Assembly (NCBI GenBank): GCA_020184695.1
Contig: JAANOX010000243.1
Span: forward strand, 372,001 to 436,000
Direction: 5' to 3'
Length of the DNA stretch: 64,000 nucleotides
Source of the DNA: Histomonas meleagridis 2922-C6/04-290x
Lineage: Eukaryota > Protista > Parabasalia
Positions 56,429 through 64,000 of this stretch are shown here, piece after piece (the first letter of the stretch is position 1; each line of letters starts with the position of its first letter). The translations under genes were made by a program, and so were the position numbers. Under the pieces are notes generated by a model. That model saw only the letters and a list, made by a program, of their open reading frames with translations, searched no databases and was not told the DNA's origin.

Positions 56429-57328
56429 ATGAGCTCAGGTTATGATATGAAGATGGACATGGTGAAGTTAATATCATTAATGGCAAATGTATTACTGCTA
56501 TGTGTTGCTATTGGAATGGCTGTTGCAATCGGTCTTAAAGAAGGCGCTACAATATATGAGTACGCACCAGTCGGAGGCACAGAAGTTAACACTGAGCAAA
56601 TTTTAGATATCAAAGTACCATATTATGGCGAAGGAAACCTTACACCTTATGCTTCATATGTAAATTCTGGTCGCGACCGCTTAAACTCAAAGTACTTCAC
56701 TATGTTGGACTATTATAACATGAAATCCGATGATACACTTACCATATTTCCTAAGTTCAAGACATTCTTGCAAACTTCAAAGTACACTGACTCTATTGCT
56801 TGCTTTAATATGATTCTTAATTACTTAGGCTATGATACTTATGACGAACCATATTTAGCTGAGGTATTTGACGTTGGTACTGATAAAAGAAAAGCAGTTA
56901 ATCATACAGGTTATGGTACACCACCACGTTGTTTGGAAGCTGGAATTCAATCACTTGGATTCGATACATTGAACCAAACGACACTTCCAAACTCTACAAC
57001 GATTAAGGAAAACTATTATGAATTCAAAAATTGGATCTTGGATTCAATTAGATATAATAACCCAATCATTTTCTTGACTGTAGAATGGGGAGCAAGTTAT
57101 GTAGTCCCAATTGGCGTAGATACTATGGGTACAGATTATGGAATGGATGACGTGCTCATTATCGCAAACCCTCACGACTTGGCAGACCATAGAATCGATG
57201 GATATACAGTGTGGGGATTGTACAGATTCTATAAATTAGTGTATTGGTGCTCGATTCCACAATATGATAATAATTTCGATACATTGTTCTCATTCATTCA
57301 AATTAATGGTACAAGGAGAACTCCTTAA
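56429..57328 (+). CDS. Paralogous C39-like pseudopeptidase (catalytic Cys and His replaced); start Met 56429 or 56453
   Basis: N-terminal TM; LQTSKYTDS (Cys to Asp), GASYVVPIG (His to Ser), IANPHDLADHRIDGY. Confidence 0.8.
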   Translation: MSSGYDMKMDMVKLISLMANVLLLCVAIGMAVAIGLKEGATIYEYAPVGGTEVNTEQILDIKVPYYGEGNLTPYASYVNSGRDRLNSKYFTMLDYYNMKSDDTLTIFPKFKTFLQTSKYTDSIACFNMILNYLGYDTYDEPYLAEVFDVGTDKRKAVNHTGYGTPPRCLEAGIQSLGFDTLNQTTLPNSTTIKENYYEFKNWILDSIRYNNPIIFLTVEWGASYVVPIGVDTMGTDYGMDDVLIIANPHDLADHRIDGYTVWGLYRFYKLVYWCSIPQYDNNFDTLFSFIQINGTRRTP

Positions 57329-58003
57329 AAATCTAAGGGATTGATTATGTTTTTTGTTTTGTCTTGGTATGAAATTTTTGCTGCAAAAAAAAAAAATGAA
57401 AAATTTTTGATTTATGCATCAAATGTTTGATGTGGCGGTTTCGTAAAGTTTATAAACACAAAATCAAAGTAAACGGTCGGCTTCAAGTGAATTGTCTTAT
57501 CGTTTCTAATTTTCAATTATTAGAAGGGCTGCTCCCAGTTGCAAAACTCGCTTAAGTGATGCGCTTGGACGTCCTCAAAAAAAACTTTTGATTCATAAGT
57601 CGTGTTTTATAAAAATTGAAAACATTTCCCACCCATCCATAGTCTTGACTATTTTATGTTCTTAAGAACAAGAAGAAGAAATATTATTTGATTAAACTAA
57701 GCATCACCATTGACATGCAAAATTTCATACATAAATTTTTCAATGAGATTTAGATTTTTCATAAGAGATCATTTTTTTAATAAGTTATTTTGTTTCTTTA
57801 ATTTGATGCATTTTGGGGCATATATACTACATATAAACTCTATTAATGTTGAATACAGTTAAATTCTTTTTATAAATTAAAGACGTTAAATAACTTCACA
57901 TTGACCGCATAGTTGGTCAAATTGATTTCACGGTTTATCTCAATTTTCAATCAAATTTATCGGTTGCATTCCATAAAAGCATCCAAATTTCAACGTTCCA
58001 GTA

Positions 58004-59092
58004 ATGGGAAATAATTCTAGCCAGGAAACAATTAATCAATCACTTCGTTATTCACCATCGAAATATTTGAAAGATTTAGAATCTCTCGAAGAAATTATTT
58101 TTAATTTGAATGAAGATAACATAATTGATTCTATTGAAACATCCATTAAGTTGTTAAATGATAATGATATTACATTTTGTTCGAACTTAATTTTCATTAG
58201 ATTAATATATTTTTCAATTATTTCACACATAAAAGATTTTAACTTATATCTTAATTTATGTCTTGATTTCATGAACCAGATTGAAATCAAAGAAAAAGAA
58301 ATCAATAAAAGCAATTATGAATTGATTAATGCATTTATAGATTTTCTTCTTACTATAGATTCACAAGAATCATATTTTATTCTTGAAAGATTGATTGAAA
58401 TGAATTTAATTCCATCAAAATCGGTCGAAAATAAAAATACATTTTATTTTGTGCATCATTTCCCAAATATTTTACAAAATCATATGTCTGATAAACGTTA
58501 CGATGAAATTTCTGAGGAACTTTCACAGAACGATTTTAAACTTCATAAACAATTAATTGAAGAAGGAGAAAATCCGAATGAAATTGCAAAAATAATTCGA
58601 AATGATGAAATGGAAAAACTTCAAGAAATATCATCACAAACAAATTTTGATTTTGATCAAATAATTAAACCATCACTTTATGAAAGATGTTCTTTTATTA
58701 ATAAAGAAAATGTTTCATTAATTGATTATGCAGCATTCTTTTCTGCAGAAAAATGTTTTAAACATTTGTTGTTAAATGGTGCAAAAGTAGAAAACACAGG
58801 TATATATGCAATTGCAGGTGGAAATGAAGAAATTATTCATTTATGTGAGCAAAATCATTCATCGTTTAAAGATGCATATAAAATAGCAATTGAATTTCAT
58901 CGAAATGATATCTTTAAATATCTTTATGAAAATAAAATTGTCGATCATTCAGCAGTAAAACTTTTTGAAATATTTTTATCTAATAATTTCATAAACTACG
59001 AAATTATTAGCTTTTTACTTGAACAAAAAGAAATTGATATTAATGCTAAAGATATTTATTTGTTTTATTTAGAATTTATTATAATAATTTAA
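58004..59092 (+). CDS. Intact DUF3447-type N-terminal ORF of an ankyrin gene; it stops inside the first intervening sequence
   Basis: 362 aa; MGNNSS (myristoylation-like G2/S6); SLIDYAAFFSAEKCFKHLLLNGA; ends EIDINAKDI-YLFYLEFIIII*. Confidence 0.88.
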   Translation: MGNNSSQETINQSLRYSPSKYLKDLESLEEIIFNLNEDNIIDSIETSIKLLNDNDITFCSNLIFIRLIYFSIISHIKDFNLYLNLCLDFMNQIEIKEKEINKSNYELINAFIDFLLTIDSQESYFILERLIEMNLIPSKSVENKNTFYFVHHFPNILQNHMSDKRYDEISEELSQNDFKLHKQLIEEGENPNEIAKIIRNDEMEKLQEISSQTNFDFDQIIKPSLYERCSFINKENVSLIDYAAFFSAEKCFKHLLLNGAKVENTGIYAIAGGNEEIIHLCEQNHSSFKDAYKIAIEFHRNDIFKYLYENKIVDHSAVKLFEIFLSNNFINYEIISFLLEQKEIDINAKDIYLFYLEFIIII

Positions 59093-60906
59093 TGTTTCAA
59101 AATAATATTTGGAAATTAATTGAATAATTTAAAACAGTACTTATAAAAGCATCTTCAGAAGGTAATATAGAAATAGTTAAACTACTTCTTGAACAAAAGG
59201 GAATTGATATTAATGCTAAAGATATTTATTTATTTTATTTAATATTTATTTTAATAATTTAATATTTCAAAATAATATTTATAAATTATTTAAATTATTT
59301 AATACAGCACTTATGATTGCATCTGATAAAGGTCATACAGAAATAGTTAAATTACTTCTTGAACAAAAGGGAATTGATGTTAATACTAGATTTTGTATTT
59401 ATGCAATGTATTTCTAATTTATTTTAATAATTTCATATTTCAAAATAATATTCGGAAATTATTTAAAATATTTTGGACATTACTTATGAGAGCATCTATA
59501 AATGGTTATACAGAAATAGTTAAATTACTTCTTGAACAAAAGGGAATTGATATTAATGCTAAAGATATTTATTTGTTTTATTTAATATTTATTTTAATGA
59601 TTTTATATTTCAAATAAATATTTATGAATTATTTAAATAATTTGAAACAGCACTAATGCATGCAGAATCAAGCGGTAATACAGAAATAGTTAAATTATTT
59701 CTTAAACAAAAAGGAATTGATATTAATGCTAAAGATATTTATTTGTTTTATTTGATATTTATTTTAATATTTTTGGATTTCAAAATAATATTTGGGAATT
59801 ATTTAAATAATTTGAAACAGCATTTATGAGTGCATCTTCAAATGGTCATACAGAAATAGTTAGATTACTTCTTGAACATAGAAGGAGTTTATGGTAATGC
59901 TAAGAATATTTATTTGTTTTATTTAAAATTTATATTAATAATATAAAATTTCAAAACAATATTTGGAAATTATTTAAATAATTTGAAACAGCACTTATAT
60001 TAGCATCTAAAAATGGTCATACAGAAACAGTTAAATTACTTCTTGAACAAAAAGGAATTAATGTTAATGCTAAAGATATTTATTTGTTTTATTTGATATT
60101 TATTTTAATATTTTTGGATTTCAAAACAATATTTGGGAATTATTTAAATAATTTGAAACAGCACTTATATTAGCATCTAAAAATGGTCATACAGAAACAG
60201 TTAAATTACTTCTTGAACAAAAAGGAATTAATGTTAATGCTAAAGATATTTATTTGTTTTATTTGATATTTATTTTAATATTTTTGGATTTCAAAATAAT
60301 ATTTGGGAATTATTTAAATAATTTGAAACAGCATTTATGAGTGCATCTTCAAATGGTCATACAGAAATAGTTAGATTACTTCTTGAACATAAAGGAATTT
60401 ATATTAATGCTAAAAATATTTATTTGTTTTATTTAAAATTTATATTAATAATATAAAATTTCAAAACAATATTTGGAAATTATTTAAATAATTTGAAACA
60501 GCACTTATATTAGCATCTAAAAATGGTCATACAGAAACAGTTAAATTACTTCTTGAACAAAAAGGAATTAATGTTAATGCTAAAGATATTTATTTGTTTT
60601 ATTTGATATTTATTTTAATATTTTTGGATTTCAAAACAATATTTGGAAATTATTTAAATAATTTGAAACAGCACTTATAAAAGCATCTAAAAATGGTCAT
60701 ACAGAAACAGTTAAATTACTTGAACATAAAGAAAATAATATTAATGTTAAAGATATTTATTTTCTTTATTTATATTTTAGTTTAATGATTTGATATTTCA
60801 ACATAATGTTTGGAAATTATTTAAAACATTTTGGACAATGATCATGAAAACACAAGAAAATGCTAATATAGGAATAGCTGATTTGTTTAATGATCAAAAT
60901 ATTTAA
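59050..60906 (+). repeat. Array of ten ~170-nt interrupted ankyrin units plus a terminal module
   Basis: Module starts at 59134, 59304, 59477, 59647, 59817, 59988, 60158, 60328, 60498, 60668 and 60835; TAA 60904-60906. Confidence 0.95.
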
Positions 60907-61574
60907 GAGAGAAATATTTATTTGTTTTTTTTTGAGATATATTTTCATATATGATTTAAAATCTTTTTTTATTCATATGAGGAAATTTTATGTTTTTCTG
61001 AAACTGTTTGTCGGAATCTTGTGAAATGAGTACCAACAAATTGTTTCATCAAAATAACAATTATTTTGAGAAAAAAACTATTGGTTTACAAAAAATAAAA
61101 TAAAAAACATCTTGTTTTTCTGGGAAACAATATAATTTTTAAAGTATTGAATCTGTTTATCTTTCTTGGCTAAAATTCAGTTGAATAAAAAAAATATAGA
61201 AAATAACGAATAGAGTATTTTTAATTTAGGCATATTGGCATGATTAGTAATCGCCAAGATATTTATTTAAACAAAGAATTGGCAGCTGCCACTTTTTATT
61301 GAATTTTCTTGTTTCTGATATGTCAGCACCGATGGAGTACACCATCGGTAGATTAACGGTGAGAAACTTTTGTGAGTTTTTTTCAGATTATCTGATTTTA
61401 TAGGAAAAGCTGGAAGCTTTTGTCTAATTGGTATTGTTACACTACTTTTGAGTACTTTACTCATAATGTTTAGGGCCTGCTTTATTTTCTAAAGTATTGA
61501 AAATGGATTTTTGTCTCTTCTTAAAAATCTGAAGAAACGGTTATATAACCTTGGCCACACCACAAATGTGCAAG

Positions 61575-61678
61575 GAAACTGACTCCCCAGAAGGAGGAAA
61601 TGCTAAAGAAGCTTCAGGACCACCACCACCTCCACCACCACCACCACCTCCTCCTCCAGCTGCATGTCCAAAACTTTA
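61575..61678 (+). other. Short poly-proline coding-like segment (possible last exon or micro-ORF)
   Basis: MCKETDSPEGGNAKEASG-P13-AACPKL* with CCA/CCT codon usage. No long upstream ORF. Confidence 0.3.
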
Positions 61679-62420
61679 AGTAACTAAGTTTGAAAAATAA
61701 TAAATAAATAAAAATATTTTATAATTTTCCCCTATACATACAATGTTTTACCTAAAAACAACAAAAACTTACCTATATTACAAAGTTAAGAATTCAGACA
61801 TTTTAAATATCTGAAACAAAATGAACTAAAATTTTGATTTTGCTTTTTATTGATTTCCAAGCCTTTAATACAAGAATTTATCAAAGTGTTTGTTAAAAGA
61901 ATTCTTTTATTTCTATATTTAAATATCTTTAATTAAGATTTGCATTAAATATGCATCTTAATTCAATATTGGTTTTCATGTAAACTACTTTCTGTCATTT
62001 GACTTTTACCTAGACAAAAATGGAAAAAAAATTAATTTGATTGTTTTCCTTTTGCCAATTGTAAACCAACACATTGTCAGCGTGCGTATTGTCATTTGTG
62101 CTGATATCATTTCCCACCGCTTGTATTTTTCAGGAAGTATGCTTTGTTTACCAGACAAATTTCTTGATATAAACTGGGGTGCCCTATTTGTTGGGTTCAA
62201 TTAAACTGCTGTAAACGCAGAATTTTTCCTTAAAAAGTTTTGACACTTCCATTGAAAGGAAATCATTGATATCAATCAAAAAGTCAAATTACTTTTCTAT
62301 AAATTTCAATCAAAAAAAACATGACTATTGAAAAGGAATAAACGATACGAATAGACAGTTCAAATTTCCGCGGCAGCCAATGCCATTTTACGTCGACCGT
62401 TTATCATCCCAAAGAGCACC

Positions 62421-64000
62421 ATGGCAGACCAAGGGGATTTTACCGATGATTGTCAACCAAAAAGCGAACCATCCCTTGAGGAAATTGAAGCATCACTAAG
62501 TACTCCAGATAAAAAGGCCGAACATCACTTGTTTCGAACATTTTTATTATTAAATCCAAAGGGTAGCTCGAAAGATTGGGAAGAATTTAAATCGGTAGAT
62601 CTTGTTCAACACCTTTCAAGGTCAATCAAAACACTTCCAATATTCAAGATATTACTATTATTTAGAAGGCATCCTTCAATTATGCCCTTTTTTCTAAAGT
62701 CATTTGATTCTATTAAAGAATTAAGGTCTACTCCAAAGTCATATTTACCATTTTTTGAACAGATGATTGTGAAATTACCAATTCAATGGATTGTTCGCCA
62801 TATGCTCAAAATAGAAGATGTTCGTTATGCCTATCACTTTCTTAATGTAGCATTTAGTGATTATATTACAGGTGATCCAAACATTCTTGATACTCGTAAA
62901 CATAATGATGAAATCTATGAAGAATACAGAAAAATAGTACCACAAACAGCTCCAATGAGCTTTGATGAAGCATGGGTTAAGCTTCTTTCGCTTCGTAGTT
63001 CCATGCGTGAATTAATGGATATTAAATTAAAAGTCAGTTTTGCTTCTTATGAACGTCTAGCAAAGCCTGAATTTGTCAAGAGGCTTCTTAATGGGTCATC
63101 GTGTGACTCTGTTGAACGATATACCAATACTTTAAAAACACAAATTATTCCCTTTTGTACCATCAATAACATTTTAATTCAACCCATCATCACTTCCACT
63201 CTTGCGCAAAAGGAATGGCCTGTTGAACAAAAACTTGAGATCATTCTTAAATATATTGATCAAACTGATGAAAAGAAAAATGCCCTTCGGAACATCACAT
63301 TTACCTCTGAGAGTGAAATTCAGACCATCATCGAATTTGCTAAGCGCATTAATGTTGATTTTGTTCCTGATCCAAGTCGATATATTGATACATCTAAACA
63401 AAAACCCAAACGTCAACAACAGCAACGGGTTGGTCGTTCTCCATCCATTGGCTTTGCAAATGTCGGCAAGCCAACAGAGCGTTCTCCGTTATATTTGGAT
63501 TTGTATCGTTTATCTCCAAAATCCACAACATCAAACGTTGGCCACAAGTTAATCATATACACATCATTATCACAACTTGGGAATGGTGATCCACCATTTC
63601 CTGATGAATATGCTAAGAAGCTTGAGCATTACACAGTGTTTAGTGACATTTCATCCATTTATACACTATCCAAAAAGTTCGGAGTGATTGTCACTTATGA
63701 ATCATTTCAACTTTTTGAGGACAAAAAGAAGTTATTCATAGAATTATTGGAATTGAAAGGTGCTTCTTATTTTATAGAACTTATACAAATATTTAAGTTT
63801 AATGAGAATGAGATATTTGATATAATATTCGAAATTAAGAAATGTTGTGTGAAAATAATTCCATATGTAATCCAATATGTAACAAGATCAAATTTTGATA
63901 ATTTTTTAAGATTTGTCAAACAAATTATATTTAATATAGAAACGGAAAATATAAATGAAATTTGTATATTAATTTATAATGCTTTAATCAACACAATTGA
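62421..64000 (+). CDS. Large helical protein, 3'-partial (runs off the window end)
   Basis: Not in the ORF track. The frame is open from ATG 62421 (MADQGDFTDD) to 64000, with GACCGTTT 20 nt upstream. Confidence 0.85.
   Translation, partial: MADQGDFTDDCQPKSEPSLEEIEASLSTPDKKAEHHLFRTFLLLNPKGSSKDWEEFKSVDLVQHLSRSIKTLPIFKILLLFRRHPSIMPFFLKSFDSIKELRSTPKSYLPFFEQMIVKLPIQWIVRHMLKIEDVRYAYHFLNVAFSDYITGDPNILDTRKHNDEIYEEYRKIVPQTAPMSFDEAWVKLLSLRSSMRELMDIKLKVSFASYERLAKPEFVKRLLNGSSCDSVERYTNTLKTQIIPFCTINNILIQPIITSTLAQKEWPVEQKLEIILKYIDQTDEKKNALRNITFTSESEIQTIIEFAKRINVDFVPDPSRYIDTSKQKPKRQQQQRVGRSPSIGFANVGKPTERSPLYLDLYRLSPKSTTSNVGHKLIIYTSLSQLGNGDPPFPDEYAKKLEHYTVFSDISSIYTLSKKFGVIVTYESFQLFEDKKKLFIELLELKGASYFIELIQIFKFNENEIFDIIFEIKKCCVKIIPYVIQYVTRSNFDNFLRFVKQIIFNIETENINEICILIYNALINTI

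Noticed and set aside
59560-59617. Insert read in frame as a conserved TM anchor (IYLFYLIFILMILYFK)
   Set aside because: T-rich DNA encodes F/L/I/Y by default, and stops occur at variable positions in this frame.
60081-60150. Ciliate-like TA-bounded DNA excision (TA pairs 68 nt apart)
   Set aside because: Excision would create an in-frame TAA, and the second TA shifts by one nt in other units.
60141-60155. -1 ribosomal frameshift at the T TTA AAT slippery heptamer in the insert
   Set aside because: The phase fits, but in most units of the intact array TAA follows immediately in the -1 frame, and the first insert has an upstream in-frame stop (59090).
60076-60159. U12-type AT..AC intron in the insert
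   Set aside because: All AT starts (84, 82 or 78 nt) give non-triplet exon lengths, and there is no ATATCCTT donor.
60086-60161. Canonical GT..AG intron in the ankyrin insert (GTTTTATTTG...GAAACAG)
   Set aside because: It is 76 nt, leaving 94 nt per unit, which frameshifts. The GT is missing in some units (e.g. 59221 region, 11098), there is no branch site, and ACAG is explained by the Thr-Ala codons.
59050-60906. CRISPR array or alternative genetic code explaining the periodic stops
   Set aside because: The units are 170-nt ankyrin-coding repeats without unique spacers, no cas genes are present, and normal genes here end in TAA/TAG/TGA. Recoding could not fix the frameshift.
61311-61367. 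tRNA-like fold (GTTTCT...AGAAAC closing two hairpins)
   Set aside because: Only 57 nt, with no T-psi-C or D-loop consensus.

Overview
AT-rich eukaryotic genomic DNA, almost certainly from a parabasalid protist (Tritrichomonas/Trichomonas/Histomonas-like; the species cannot be fixed from sequence alone). The evidence is intron-poor genes, BspA LRR proteins, DUF3447-type ankyrin genes, a TKL kinase and RRCSGTTD (M3-like) promoter motifs. Ordinary genes: Ras- and Rho-family GTPases, RhoGEF, RhoGAP, two MOB1, RCE1, p23, DNAAF1, IFT74, THADA/Trm732, a Tudor-knot protein, an NT-C2 protein, an aldo/keto reductase, ChAPs-like and adaptin-like proteins, and a head-to-head pair of C39-like peptidases (one apparently active, one apparently dead). 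Mobile DNA: a Merlin/IS1595-type transposon (8-bp TSD), a decayed pogo-type element (TA TSD), a 1.8-kb non-autonomous TIR element (8-bp TSD) carrying an ankyrin-gene 3' end, and a possible MITE. The most striking feature occurs at nine loci. Ankyrin modules come as ~170-nt units: about 102 nt of well-preserved ankyrin coding sequence plus a ~68-nt AT-rich intervening sequence at the same position in every repeat. This insert breaks the frame, has no usable GT-AG or AT-AC boundaries, is strongly length-conserved, and is absent from the terminal stop-bearing module. It looks like an exon-intron architecture with an undescribed non-canonical intron class, or a cassette archive. RNA-seq would decide. 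All family calls come from motif recognition by eye, not database searches.
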